DNA from: Candidatus Hydrogenedentales bacterium
GTDB taxonomy: Bacteria > Hydrogenedentota > Hydrogenedentia > Hydrogenedentales > SLHB01
NCBI GenBank assembly: GCA_041859045.1
Contig: JBHELB010000039.1
Span: 9,958 to 73,957, forward strand
Direction of reading: 5' to 3'
Length of the DNA: 64,000 bases
This document shows positions 50,801 to 61,190 of this stretch, one piece after another. The translations under genes and the position numbers were made by a program. How positions within the stretch are numbered: position 1 is the first letter of the stretch; the number at the start of each line of letters is the position of its first letter. The notes under the pieces were generated by a model. The model searched no databases, was not told the origin of the DNA, and saw only the letters and a list, made by a program, of their open reading frames with translations.

Positions 50801-52144
50801 ATGCTCGTCATCGGCCTAGATGGCGCGGCGCCGCAGTGGGTGTTTGGGCCAGAGGCATTCCACTTGCCCCATCTTCAACGCCTGTGCGCAAGCGGACGCG
50901 GGGGTGTGTTGCGCAGTTGCGATCCCCCCATCACGATTCCTGCCTGGGCCTGCATGACCTCCGGGCGCGACCCTGGCGCGCTTGGACTCTACGGCTTTCA
51001 CAACCGCCCGGACCATTCCTACGCCCCACTTCGTCTGCCTAACGGTGCAGATCTGCATGCGCCGCGTCTCTGGGATTGGGCATCGCAGGCCGGACGGCGC
51101 GCGATCGTGCTAGGCATGCCCCTGACCGCGCCCGCGCGCCCGGTGAATGGGTGCCTCCTGGGCGATCCTTTTGCAGCGCAGGACGGCGACTATCGGTGCT
51201 ATCCGCCGGGAATTCAGGCGGAGCTCGAGAAGGAACTCGGCGAACCGCTGCAAACGGATGTCGAGGGCTATCGCACCTTGGACAAACCGCGCCTGCTCGA
51301 ACGACTGCGGAGGTATCTCGACAATCGCTATGCGTTTGCGCGGCATTTGCTTACGACGCGGGCCTGGGACCTTTTTTTCATGGTGGACCTGACGCTGGAT
51401 CGGCTCCACCACGGGTTCTGGGGCGATGTGTCCACGCTTGAATCCGTCTACCGCGCCTTGGACGAGCATGTCGGGCGTCTCGTCGCGCTCGCGCCGCGGG
51501 CAAACGTCCTTATCGTGTCGGACCACGGCGCGCGGACCTGCCACGGCGTGCTGCATCTCAATGAGTGGCTGCGCCGGGAGGGGTGGCTGGTGCTGCGCGA
51601 CGAACCGCGAGCCGCGATACGTCTTGAGGACGCCGCCGTGGACTGGACGCGCACTCGGGCCTGGGCGAGCGGCGGCTACGCGGCGCGGGTCTGGCTGAAT
51701 GTGGCCGGACGTGAACCGGAAGGCGTGGTGTCGCGAGAACGTTTCGAGTCCACACGAAACGAGTTGGCCTCGAGTATCGAGGCGATGCTCGGTCCCAGCG
51801 GCATGCATTTGGGCAATACGGTGTTGCGCCCGGACGATTTGTATACGGAGTCTCATGGAACGCCGCCGGACCTGTTGGTTTATCCCGGTGGCCTCGATTA
51901 CCGGGCGTCTGGCTTGGTCGGTACGCCATCGCTTTTCGACCGCGCCAACGACACCGGGCCGGATGCGGCCAATCACGACCAGGACGGAATCTTTATCCTG
52001 AGCGGGACGGGAATCGACGCGGAGAAACAGATGGATACACTCGGAATTCTTGATATTGCGCCGATTGTGCTGCGCCTGATGGGGCTGGAAACCCCACCTC
52101 CACTCTCTCCGAGTATATTTTTCGCAGGAAATACAGGAAGCTAA
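50801..52144 (+). CDS. alkaline phosphatase / nucleotide pyrophosphatase family protein
   Basis: Type I phosphodiesterase motifs (MLVIGLDGA, VSDHG). Confidence 0.65.
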   Translation: MLVIGLDGAAPQWVFGPEAFHLPHLQRLCASGRGGVLRSCDPPITIPAWACMTSGRDPGALGLYGFHNRPDHSYAPLRLPNGADLHAPRLWDWASQAGRRAIVLGMPLTAPARPVNGCLLGDPFAAQDGDYRCYPPGIQAELEKELGEPLQTDVEGYRTLDKPRLLERLRRYLDNRYAFARHLLTTRAWDLFFMVDLTLDRLHHGFWGDVSTLESVYRALDEHVGRLVALAPRANVLIVSDHGARTCHGVLHLNEWLRREGWLVLRDEPRAAIRLEDAAVDWTRTRAWASGGYAARVWLNVAGREPEGVVSRERFESTRNELASSIEAMLGPSGMHLGNTVLRPDDLYTESHGTPPDLLVYPGGLDYRASGLVGTPSLFDRANDTGPDAANHDQDGIFILSGTGIDAEKQMDTLGILDIAPIVLRLMGLETPPPLSPSIFFAGNTGS

Positions 52145-52207
52145 ACCAGTGTTTCTTGTAAACATCAAGTGTAACTGAACGCGAAAATCACCCTAAGGAG
52201 AACTTCG

Positions 52208-52831
52208 ATGACCAAGTGGATGTTCGGAAGCATGCTGATGTTGGCGGTCGCGGTAACGGGAAGCGCGTGGGCGGCGACGGCCGCTCCATACCCCCTGACC
52301 ACCTGCCCGGTCACGGGCGGCCCGCTGGGGTCGATGGGCGATCCCATCACGAAAGTCATTGATGGCCGCGAAGTGCGTTTCTGTTGTGGGGGGTGCCCCG
52401 CGAAGTTCGAAGCAAAAAGGGCGGACTACTTCAAGAAAATGGACGAAGAAATCGTCAAGCAGCAAAAACCGCTGTATCCTGTCCAGACCTGCGTGGTGAG
52501 CGGCGACAAGCTCGGCGGTCACGGCGAGCCGATTGCCTATGTGCGCGATAACCGCCTGTTTTTGCTCTGCTGCGATGGGTGCAAGAAGGAAATCGATCAG
52601 GATACCGCCAAGTATTCCGCCGAGCTGGACAAGGCCGCGGCGGAGCAGCAGAAGAAGACGTATCCGATTGATACCTGTGTGGTTTCGGACAAGAAGTTCG
52701 CGGCGCAGGGCGCGGCCGCCAGTGTGGTTTTTGGTGGGCGGCTCGTACAATTCTGTTCGCAGGAGTGCGTGAGAGAATTCGAGAAAAACCCGTCGAAGTA
52801 CCTGAAAAAACTTGACGCTGCCAAGAAATAG
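52208..52831 (+). CDS. periplasmic protein with three YHS/TRASH-like metal-binding repeats
   Basis: Signal peptide; three repeats of TC.V(S/T)G..L....I.....R...CC.GC...F. Confidence 0.6.
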   Translation: MTKWMFGSMLMLAVAVTGSAWAATAAPYPLTTCPVTGGPLGSMGDPITKVIDGREVRFCCGGCPAKFEAKRADYFKKMDEEIVKQQKPLYPVQTCVVSGDKLGGHGEPIAYVRDNRLFLLCCDGCKKEIDQDTAKYSAELDKAAAEQQKKTYPIDTCVVSDKKFAAQGAAASVVFGGRLVQFCSQECVREFEKNPSKYLKKLDAAKK

Positions 52832-52860
52832 AGTTTCACACCATCCGTTTCCCTCGAGGT

Positions 52861-52890
52861 CGCATGAGGCGCGTTCGCGCGCCTCATGCG
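52861..52890 (+). terminator. 13-bp perfect stem hairpin with TTCG loop (no U tract)
   Basis: cgcatgaggcgcg ttcg cgcgcctcatgcg, 30 nt after the YHS gene stop. Confidence 0.4.
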
Positions 52891-52986
52891 ATACGTGCTA
52901 TGCTGTCCTTGGCAAGGATAGGACGGGGGGAAACAGGCGATTCGAGGGTGGACGCACGCACACGCGCTACCTGATAGATCGCCGGA

Positions 52987-55900
52987 GTGGGACTTGGCAT
53001 GTCTGTTTCGGACCCCCGAGAGGCCGAAACGTCGCGCACCTCATGGCAAGGGCTTCTCAAGAGCCTCCATTCCCTTACGAGGGTGGCGTGCCGGCTTGTG
53101 ACGGCGGACGGTTCTGTGCTCGCTTCGGCGGGATGGAAACCGGCGCTGTGCCGTCGGTTTCCGGTGAAGAGCCATAACGGCACCTCGTGCGCCTGCGAGA
53201 AGAACTTCGCCAGTGCGCGTCGACGGTGTGCGCATGGCCTGTTGCGTCGTGAGTTCTTGACCCAGTCTCGCACGGGAGAAACGCTCCGGCTTCAGTTCGG
53301 GAATGTCCTGACTGCGCCCCCCACAGCCAAAACGCTTCGCGAGACCGCCAAGCGTCATGGATTCGACGAAACCGCCTACCTCGAGACCATGAGGTCGGTG
53401 CCTGTCGTCGAAGCGACGCAACTCAAAGCGGCTGTCCATCTGGCTCAGCAACTCGTTGAATCCATTTCGGCGGGCGCAGCGACCAAAAATGGGAACGGCC
53501 TTCCCTCGCTCAATGGCGCGCTTTCTCCCGCCATGCACACACAGTCCGCGGAAACCGCGCTTGAGCGACGCCTGATCATTGAGCACCTTATCTCCGACAT
53601 CTCTTCCACGCTGCTGCGTACGGCGCCGGATGTGCTCGATGAGCAAATAGAAGCCGTGCTAGAACGCGTGCGGAATGTTTTCGAGGCCGATGCCGCGCAT
53701 TTTTTTGAGATAGATACGACCAACGGCAAGGTTCTGTCCATTTATGAGGCGCGCGGCGGCGATGCGATCGAAAGCGTGCAATTTCTGAAGAGCGAGGAGT
53801 CGAGCCCTTTCACCTACTCCAAGGGCGTTTTCGGTCGAGGAGAAAGTCTCGTCGTAACCGACCGCTCCGACTTGCCCCCGGAGGCGCAGGCCGAGCGGGA
53901 GCTATGGGAAAGAGCGAACGTCGTGGCCGCGCTGGTGACGCCCGTGGCAACCGTGCGCGGCATGAAGGGCATCTTTTCGCTGGCGTGCGCACGCGCGCAT
54001 GCTTGGCTCGCGGACGACTCGGCGGTGCTACGCCTGATCGGCGATCTGCTGCTCTATGCGCTGCAACACAGGCACGATGCGGAGGAGGCGAAGCGTGCGC
54101 ATCAGCGTCTTCGTCTTGCGGCGCTCTCGGCGGATTTCGGAATTTACGACTACGACGCCACGACGGAGACGTTTACGCTCGATCCGATGACCATGACGCT
54201 GTTCGGGTTCGCGCCCGGCGAATTCGATGGCACTTGGCAATCGCTCTCCACGCGCCTCACCTCGGAAGTGGCCCGCGCCATGCGCGCCGCGTTGGATGCG
54301 GTCGTTGCGGGAGAAGGCGGCATCGACGGTTTCGAGTTCCCCGTTCTTCTCCCCGACAACACGGAACGCTGGATTTTGGCGTATGGCGCGCGGATGGCCG
54401 ATCTCGACGGGCCGCGAGAGAAGATCGTGGGTGTAACGCTGGACATCACATACCGCAAGCGCCTCGAGCAGTCAACGCTTCACCGCGAGGAACTGTATCG
54501 CCTTCTGACGGAAGGTTCGCGCGACATGATCTCGCAGCACACGGCGGACACGCGCATTCTATACGTGTCGCCCGCGTGCCGCCGCTTGCTTGGCTATGAG
54601 CCGGAGGAACTGGTCGGCGTGCAGGGAAGCTCGCTGGTGATCAACGAGGATTTCCCCAAGGTATTGGCGAAGGTGCGCAGTCGTTTCGGCTCGGGTCACA
54701 ACACGTATTCGGCCGAAATGCGAATGGTGCGCAAAGACGGCAGCGTGGTCTGGGTTGAAACGCTGGGCCGCTTGCGGCGTGACGAGAGCGGACGACTTGT
54801 CGAGATCGTCTGCAGCACGCGCGATATTTCCGCGCGCAAGCATACGGAAGCCGCGTTGCGCGAAAGCGAGCTTCGGTACCGCTTGCTGGCGCAACACGCG
54901 ATTGACGTGATCTGGACGTGCGATTTGAATCTGCATTTCACGTACATGAGCCCTTCGGTCGTGCGTCTGCTTGGGTATACTCCGGAGGAGGCGCTCGCCA
55001 CTGCGCCGCAGGGCACGCTGACGCCGAGGTCCATTGCATTAGTAAGCAAGGCGCTGGCGGAAGAACTGCGCATTGAGGCGATACGTCCTGGACAAAGCCG
55101 TCCGCGAACCCTCGAAATCGAACAGATCCGAAAGGACGGGACCATTGTATGGACCGAAGCCACGGCTTCGTTCATGCGCGACGAGCAAGGAAAGATATCG
55201 GGGATCGTCGGGGTCACGCGCGACATTACGGAGCGGCGCGAGGCGGAGAAGGCGCTGCGGGCAAGTGAAGAGCGCATGCGTCTTGTACTCGAGGCAACGT
55301 CGCACGGCGTGTGGGACGCCAACATCGAGACGGGCGACATTTACTACAGCGGCAGTTGCGTGCGGATGCTTGGCTATGCCCCGCAGGAAATGCCGCACGA
55401 CCCCAAGCACTGGTGGGAGTTGCTTCATTCCGACGATCGCGCGCGCGTCGAGCAGGCCCTTTCCCAAGTGATCGACGGCGCGTTGCAGGCGTTCGCCATT
55501 GAATTTCGTTTGCGCAATGCGGAAGGGGCGTGGCAGTGGGTTCTCAGCCGTGGGCGAGTCGTGTCGTTCGGGGAAAACGGCAAGCCGGTGCGCGTTGTGG
55601 GAACGCACACCGATATCTCCGATCGCCGACGCGCGGAAGAGGCCTTGCGGGAGGCCCACGATCAACTCGAGGCCCGTGTGCAACAACGCACGGCGGAGTT
55701 GGCGCGGTCCAATGCGGTGCTTTGGACCGAGATCGCCGAGCGCCGTAGGGCGGAGGCCGCCTTGCGGGAAAGCGAATCGAAGAATCGCGCGTTGCTGAAG
55801 GCCATTCCCGACTTCATCCTGCAAGTGGCCGACGATGGCACGGTGCTCGATTACCAGGGGCCGTCGGAGCCGGGCGGCTTCGCGACTTCAACGGCGATCG

Positions 55901-56763
55901 GGCATGACCTCGCGGGCATTTTGGGCGAGGCGCACACGCGCGCGTTTATGAACACCGCGCATCGCGTGCTTAGCGCGGGCGGGATCGAGGTGCTCAATTT
56001 CCAGCAGGACCGCGCGGGCGAACAGCGAGACTACGAAGCCCGCCTCGTGGTCAGCGGCGCGGCGCGTGTGATGGCGATTATCCGCGATGTGACCGAGCAG
56101 CGAAGACTGGAAAAGCAGATCCTCGCGATCAGCGCGCGCGAAGAGCGGCGTATCGGGCAGGACCTTCATGATGGCTTGGGCCAACACCTGACGGGCGTCG
56201 CGTTCTTGGCCAAAGTGCTGGAGCGGAAACTCAGCGGCCGGGAAGTTCCGGAACATGAAGAAGCCGCGCAGATCGCCCGGTTGGTCAGCGATGCCGTTAG
56301 CCACACCCGCGCGCTCGCACGAGGGCTTCACCCGCTTGGCCTCGATGCGCACGGCCTTATGGAAGGATTGGAGACGTTGGCGAGTACGACCAGTCGGCTG
56401 TTCGAGATCGAGTGCCGGTTCCATTGCCCCGTCGCCGTGCTTATCGAAGACGAAAATACTTCCACGCATGTCTTTCGTATCGCGCAGGAAGCGGTGCACA
56501 ATGCCGTGCGGCATGGACGCGCCCATCTCATCGACATTCACCTAACGCGCGAGGACGATCTGTGCCGCCTCGAGGTTGTCGATAACGGCGTGGGATTCAC
56601 CCCCGAAACGAAGGGAAAGGGAATGGGCTTGCACATTATGGATTACCGTGCCAAAATGCTCGGGGGGGGCGTTGAAGTTACATCGAAGCCGCATGAAGCG
56701 AGGACAAGCATTGTGTGTGTGTTCCCTCACTTCGGACGTGAGACGGAAAGGAGAGCCCCTTAA
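52987..56763 (+). CDS. multi-PAS sensor histidine kinase (HisKA_3/HATPase, NarL-type)
   Basis: Cys-rich PocR-like N-terminus, GAF-like region, at least 4 PAS/PAC segments, coiled coil, HisKA_3 box EERRIGQDLHDGLGQHL, HATPase_c. ATG at 52999 is an alternative start. Confidence 0.85.
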   Translation: MGLGMSVSDPREAETSRTSWQGLLKSLHSLTRVACRLVTADGSVLASAGWKPALCRRFPVKSHNGTSCACEKNFASARRRCAHGLLRREFLTQSRTGETLRLQFGNVLTAPPTAKTLRETAKRHGFDETAYLETMRSVPVVEATQLKAAVHLAQQLVESISAGAATKNGNGLPSLNGALSPAMHTQSAETALERRLIIEHLISDISSTLLRTAPDVLDEQIEAVLERVRNVFEADAAHFFEIDTTNGKVLSIYEARGGDAIESVQFLKSEESSPFTYSKGVFGRGESLVVTDRSDLPPEAQAERELWERANVVAALVTPVATVRGMKGIFSLACARAHAWLADDSAVLRLIGDLLLYALQHRHDAEEAKRAHQRLRLAALSADFGIYDYDATTETFTLDPMTMTLFGFAPGEFDGTWQSLSTRLTSEVARAMRAALDAVVAGEGGIDGFEFPVLLPDNTERWILAYGARMADLDGPREKIVGVTLDITYRKRLEQSTLHREELYRLLTEGSRDMISQHTADTRILYVSPACRRLLGYEPEELVGVQGSSLVINEDFPKVLAKVRSRFGSGHNTYSAEMRMVRKDGSVVWVETLGRLRRDESGRLVEIVCSTRDISARKHTEAALRESELRYRLLAQHAIDVIWTCDLNLHFTYMSPSVVRLLGYTPEEALATAPQGTLTPRSIALVSKALAEELRIEAIRPGQSRPRTLEIEQIRKDGTIVWTEATASFMRDEQGKISGIVGVTRDITERREAEKALRASEERMRLVLEATSHGVWDANIETGDIYYSGSCVRMLGYAPQEMPHDPKHWWELLHSDDRARVEQALSQVIDGALQAFAIEFRLRNAEGAWQWVLSRGRVVSFGENGKPVRVVGTHTDISDRRRAEEALREAHDQLEARVQQRTAELARSNAVLWTEIAERRRAEAALRESESKNRALLKAIPDFILQVADDGTVLDYQGPSEPGGFATSTAIGHDLAGILGEAHTRAFMNTAHRVLSAGGIEVLNFQQDRAGEQRDYEARLVVSGAARVMAIIRDVTEQRRLEKQILAISAREERRIGQDLHDGLGQHLTGVAFLAKVLERKLSGREVPEHEEAAQIARLVSDAVSHTRALARGLHPLGLDAHGLMEGLETLASTTSRLFEIECRFHCPVAVLIEDENTSTHVFRIAQEAVHNAVRHGRAHLIDIHLTREDDLCRLEVVDNGVGFTPETKGKGMGLHIMDYRAKMLGGGVEVTSKPHEARTSIVCVFPHFGRETERRAP

Positions 56764-56765
56764 CC

Positions 56766-57458
56766 ATGAATGACGCGCCCACCACAGGCCAAGCCCGTAT
56801 TCTTATTGTGGACGATCATCCCATCGTGCGGCGCGGCTTGGCTCAGCTTATCGACCATGAGCCCGATCTGCATGTCGCCTATGAGGCGGAGAACGCCCAG
56901 GAAGCCTTTGAGATTCTCGAATCCGCCGAGGACAACCTGCCGGAGATCGCGGTGGTGGATATCTCGCTGCCTGGCATGACGGGCATCGACCTGATCAAGC
57001 ACCTGCGCACCCGTTATCCCTCGGTGCGCATTCTGGCGCTTTCCATGCTCGATGAAAATTTGTACGCCGAGCGCGCGCTGCGTTCGGGCGCCAATGGCTA
57101 CATCATGAAGCAGGAAGCGACGGAGCGCGTGATCACCGCGTTGCGGCGTGTCCTCCGCGGCGAGGTTTACCTCAGCGACGAAATGTCGTCGAAGATGATT
57201 CAGCAATTGGTCAGCGCCCGCGCGGAAGGGGGCGCGACCTCATTGTCGCGATTGTCCGACCGTGAGATCGAAGTTTTCCGTCGCATCGGCCAAGGACGCA
57301 GCACGCGACAGATCGCGGAGGCGCTGCATCTCAGCGTGAAGACGATCGAGACCTACCGCGAGAACATCAAGCACAAGCTCAAACTGAAGAATGCGTCGGA
57401 GCTCGTGCAACACGCGGTCCAATGGGTGCAGATGGAAGAGGGCGCCGTGCCGCACTAG
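56766..57458 (+). CDS. NarL/LuxR family response regulator
   Basis: REC domain (ILIVDDHP...D) plus C-terminal LuxR HTH (LSDREIEVFRRIGQGRSTRQIAEALHLSVKTIETY). Confidence 0.9.
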   Translation: MNDAPTTGQARILIVDDHPIVRRGLAQLIDHEPDLHVAYEAENAQEAFEILESAEDNLPEIAVVDISLPGMTGIDLIKHLRTRYPSVRILALSMLDENLYAERALRSGANGYIMKQEATERVITALRRVLRGEVYLSDEMSSKMIQQLVSARAEGGATSLSRLSDREIEVFRRIGQGRSTRQIAEALHLSVKTIETYRENIKHKLKLKNASELVQHAVQWVQMEEGAVPH

Positions 57459-57576
57459 AGCAGTTTAAGCAAAGCCGTAGCCACTTGGCGCTACGCATTT
57501 CAAAAAACGGCGCGGGGTAGACCTCGGAAAACGGCCACGCCATTTTTTAAAATGCTTTAGGCGCGGATGTCTCGTC

Positions 57577-58497
57577 CTACGGAAGCAGGCCGCCCCGGCC
57601 CAGCACATAGCCCAAGGCAAGCCCGAGCGCGGCGGCAACGGCGCTCACCGCCGCCCAAATGATGTGGATGCTTCGACGTTTCCACATGCCGTGAAGGCTC
57701 GATCGAAACGACGCGCCCAATGTGGGCTCGAGACGCGCCACGACGACGGTGATGTTGTCTTTCCCCCCGTTCTCGTTGGCCAAATCGACCAAGCGCCGCG
57801 CAATCTCCGCGGGACCGCCGCTTTGCTTAAAGATTTCGGCGATTTCGGAATCCTTCACCATGTTCACCAAGCCGTCCGTGCACAGCAGCAACATGTCGCC
57901 GGGCGCCGTGTGCCAGAGATAGGTGTCGACTTCGGTCTGTTCGTGGGTGCCGATACAGCGCGTCACCAGATTACGACGCAGATCCGATTCCGCCTCGGAC
58001 TTGCTCATCATGCCGAGTTTTACTTGCTCATCCACCCACGAGTGATCTTCCGTGCGGTCGATGATTTCCCCTTCGCGCAGGTGATAACAGCGAGAATCGC
58101 CAATGTTCGCGATGTAGGCCCGGCGCGGTTGAACCAGCGCCGTCAATAGGGTCGTGCCCATAGGGCGTGCGGCTTTCACAAGTTCTTTGTTCGTCTGAAA
58201 GATGCTCGTGTTCGCCTTAATCATCTGGTCACGCAGTAAGGCAAGCGTCGCTTGGCCTTCTTCATTTCCTTCCGTTGGGGGAGGCGGCTGTTTCAGAATG
58301 TCTTTCACAATGGACACCGCCAGCTTACTGGCGATTTCGCCACCGACATGGCCCCCGAGCCCATCGGCTACGCACAACAGCGCCCCTTCGTCAAACAACG
58401 TCAACCCCGGCGTTCCCTCGCGAAACACGCCGAAGTAGTCTTCGTTGTTCTTTTTGCGGCGGCCAATATCTGTCTGCGCGGCAATGTCGATGCGCAT
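57577..58497 (-). CDS. PP2C-family Ser/Thr phosphatase with C-terminal TM anchor
   Basis: PP2C motifs (GRRKKNNEDYF, ADGLGGH, TDGL, GKDNITVVV). Confidence 0.85.
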   Translation of the reverse strand: MRIDIAAQTDIGRRKKNNEDYFGVFREGTPGLTLFDEGALLCVADGLGGHVGGEIASKLAVSIVKDILKQPPPPTEGNEEGQATLALLRDQMIKANTSIFQTNKELVKAARPMGTTLLTALVQPRRAYIANIGDSRCYHLREGEIIDRTEDHSWVDEQVKLGMMSKSEAESDLRRNLVTRCIGTHEQTEVDTYLWHTAPGDMLLLCTDGLVNMVKDSEIAEIFKQSGGPAEIARRLVDLANENGGKDNITVVVARLEPTLGASFRSSLHGMWKRRSIHIIWAAVSAVAAALGLALGYVLGRGGLLP

Positions 58498-58744
58498 GGA
58501 GCCTTCCTATTCGCCTGGAGCATTCTCACCAGGGATACCTACGCCGACGACCATAGGTATAAAACCTAAAGCGCCTAGCCCTTCCCCGGGAATCATACTG
58601 GCGAAACGCCCGCGCCATTGCAACCCTGCGGAACGAAAAGAGATGGAGCGTTTCCGGAAAAGGAGATGACCGCTTTCGAAAAGCGCCTAGCGTGTTGTTA
58701 TACTCTTCCCGCGCGTCCAAACGATTCAACCATGCGAGGGAGCC

Positions 58745-59809
58745 ATGTCAAGCCGGTCATTGTTTCAATCCATCATGAAGTACGAAAGTTTTGACCGCAT
58801 GCCGGTCGTCCATTGGGACGGTTGGCCGGAGACGATTGTGCGTTGGCATAAGGAGGGTCTTCCGGCCGACGCGAACGCCTGCGAGTTCTTTAAGGCCGAT
58901 CCGTTGCCTCCTGGCGTGCCGGTGAACGTTCACCTCTACCCGCTGTTCGAGGAGCAGGTTTTGGAGGAGACCTCCGAGTACCGGCTCATCCGTCAGCCGG
59001 ATGGCGTGGTCGCTCAGCATTTCCTCGGGCGCTCATCCATTCCGCACTTCGTCGATTTCACGATGAAGGATCGCGAGGGCTGGCCCGAGTACCAGAAGCG
59101 CTTGCAGCCCGATCCCGCGCGTGTTCCGGCGGATCTCGACGACATCATCGCGCGGCTCGAGGCGAGCGGCCAGCCGCTGTGCGTGCCGACCGGAAGTCTC
59201 GTGGGCTGGATTCGGGATTGGATGGGCGTTGAGAATTTCTGCATGCAGTGCTGCATCGACCCCGATCTCATTGCGGAAATCGTCGATACGATGGCGACGC
59301 TCACCTGCTGGGGATTGGAGCAGGTACTGCCCAAGGTGCGCGTCGATTTCGGTTGGGGATGGGAGGACATCTGCTTCAAGAGTGGTCCCCTTGTGAGTCC
59401 TGTGCTGTTCGAGCGGATCATGGTTCCCGCCTACCGCCGTATCGCCGACACGCTGAAAAAATACGGCTGCGATCTGTACGCGGTGGATTGCGACGGGCTC
59501 ATCGACCAACTGTTGCCGCACTGGCTCGACGCGGGCGTAAATGTAATGTTTCCGCTCGAGATCGGTTCATGGAAGGCCGATCCGATGTCATATCGGAAGA
59601 AATACGGAAAGGACCTGCGCATTTTCGGCGGGATCGACAAGCTGGCGATCGAGCGTGGCCGCGATGCCATCGACGAGGAAATTGAGCGCCGCAAACCGCT
59701 CATGGCGGACGGCGGGTTTATCCCGATGCCTGACCATCTCATTACGCCGGATACCGCGCTCGACGACTACCGGTACTACCTGGATCGGATGCGGGAACTG
59801 CGGTTTTAG
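58745..59809 (+). CDS. uroporphyrinogen decarboxylase (URO-D) family protein (MtaA/CmuA-like)
   Basis: URO-D fold family size and conserved patches. Confidence 0.6.
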   Translation: MSSRSLFQSIMKYESFDRMPVVHWDGWPETIVRWHKEGLPADANACEFFKADPLPPGVPVNVHLYPLFEEQVLEETSEYRLIRQPDGVVAQHFLGRSSIPHFVDFTMKDREGWPEYQKRLQPDPARVPADLDDIIARLEASGQPLCVPTGSLVGWIRDWMGVENFCMQCCIDPDLIAEIVDTMATLTCWGLEQVLPKVRVDFGWGWEDICFKSGPLVSPVLFERIMVPAYRRIADTLKKYGCDLYAVDCDGLIDQLLPHWLDAGVNVMFPLEIGSWKADPMSYRKKYGKDLRIFGGIDKLAIERGRDAIDEEIERRKPLMADGGFIPMPDHLITPDTALDDYRYYLDRMRELRF

Positions 59810-59858
59810 GGACCAAGGGTATTTGGAAGGCGCGGATTTCTTCACGGAGAAGGGGCGT

Positions 59859-61190
59859 ATGCGGACGGGACGGCGGCAGTATGGTTCTTGGTATTGTGCA
59901 CTGGCGTGCGTGTTGTGCGCGTCGGCGCAGGCGGCGCTGTTTACGCAGCCGTCGATACGTGTGCCGGTCGGCCCCAATCCCTCCTCCGTTGTTGCGCTCG
60001 ACCTGAACGGCGACGCCCTTCCTGAGATCGTCACCGCCGATACCGGCCGCTTGGTCTCGCCGGATGAACAACGCCCGGCCAACGACGAAGTCTCGTTGCT
60101 TATTGCGCGCGGCCCGCTTGAGTATCACAAGGAAGTCCCCTTGCGCACGGGCTTTGGGCCGTTGTGCGTGATCGCGGCGAACTTTGACGCGCAGAAGGCC
60201 CCCGACCTGCTCGTCGCGAATTTCCACGCCGCGCGCGAGCGTCACCTCAGTCTCTTCCGTAACCTCGGCGAAAATCGCTTCGAGACCGCCGGCTATTTTG
60301 TCGTACCAGAGACCGCGATCACGTACAAACGCGCGCTGGACGGCGATGGGCGGCCGGTATTCACCAAGCCCGCGCTGACGTCGGTGATCGCGGCGGACTT
60401 CAATCACGACACGTTCCGCGATGCCATCGCCACGGGTTGGGCCAGCGACGTGTTGGTCTACTTCCCCGGCGCTACGGAGGGCTATTTCGGCGCGCCGCAG
60501 TTGATCTCGGCCGATGGCGGGCCGCGCGATCTTCAGGCCGCGGATTTCGATAAGGATGGCGAACTCGATCTCGCGGTGACCTTCTACGCGGCGGGCGAGA
60601 TCGGTTTGTTTCGCGGCGACGGCAAGGGCGGATTCGCTCCGGCGGCGCGTTTTCCCGCCCGCGGTCCTTTGCCTCATTCCCTGCGCATCGCCGACATGAA
60701 CAATGATTCGCGCCCGGACCTTGTCGTGTCTCATTGCCACGCCACCGACGCGGTGGTGATTTACTACGGCGATGGCGGTTTCGAGTTCTCCGTCGCGCAG
60801 GAGATTTCGCTCGGCAAGGACCACGCGGCATTGGAACAGGAAATCCGCGGAATCGCGGTCGAGGACTTGAATTTCGACGGCGCACCGGACATCGTCGCGG
60901 CGTGTTCGCTGTCGCAGCAGGTTAAGGTGATCCTGAACTACGCTTCACAAGGCGTGCGCCCACGAAATTTCAGCATCGAGACGTACACTTTTTCGTCCGG
61001 ACGTCCGAATGCCGTGGCCTTGGCGGATCTCAACCAGGATGGCGCAAAGGACATCGTTGTCGCGCTTCACCGGGCCAATGCGGTCGAGTTTCTCCTGAAT
61101 ACCGCCCGGCCCCCCAAGCCCGAGCCGCCGCCAAAACCGGTCCCCCCTTCAAAGCCCGCGAAGAAAAAAGCGGGGGCGGATTCGCGTTAG
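59859..61190 (+). CDS. secreted FG-GAP/VCBS repeat beta-propeller protein with Pro/Lys-rich C-terminal tail
   Basis: Signal peptide; repeated D.N.DG..D...(A/T) FG-GAP motifs; C-terminal PPKPEPPPKPVPPSKPAKKK. Confidence 0.6.
   Translation: MRTGRRQYGSWYCALACVLCASAQAALFTQPSIRVPVGPNPSSVVALDLNGDALPEIVTADTGRLVSPDEQRPANDEVSLLIARGPLEYHKEVPLRTGFGPLCVIAANFDAQKAPDLLVANFHAARERHLSLFRNLGENRFETAGYFVVPETAITYKRALDGDGRPVFTKPALTSVIAADFNHDTFRDAIATGWASDVLVYFPGATEGYFGAPQLISADGGPRDLQAADFDKDGELDLAVTFYAAGEIGLFRGDGKGGFAPAARFPARGPLPHSLRIADMNNDSRPDLVVSHCHATDAVVIYYGDGGFEFSVAQEISLGKDHAALEQEIRGIAVEDLNFDGAPDIVAACSLSQQVKVILNYASQGVRPRNFSIETYTFSSGRPNAVALADLNQDGAKDIVVALHRANAVEFLLNTARPPKPEPPPKPVPPSKPAKKKAGADSR

Noticed and set aside
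57459-57576. Possible terminator hairpins between the response regulator and PP2C genes
   Set aside because: The stem cgtagc/gctacg is followed by an A-run on the wrong side for either strand. No convincing intrinsic terminator.
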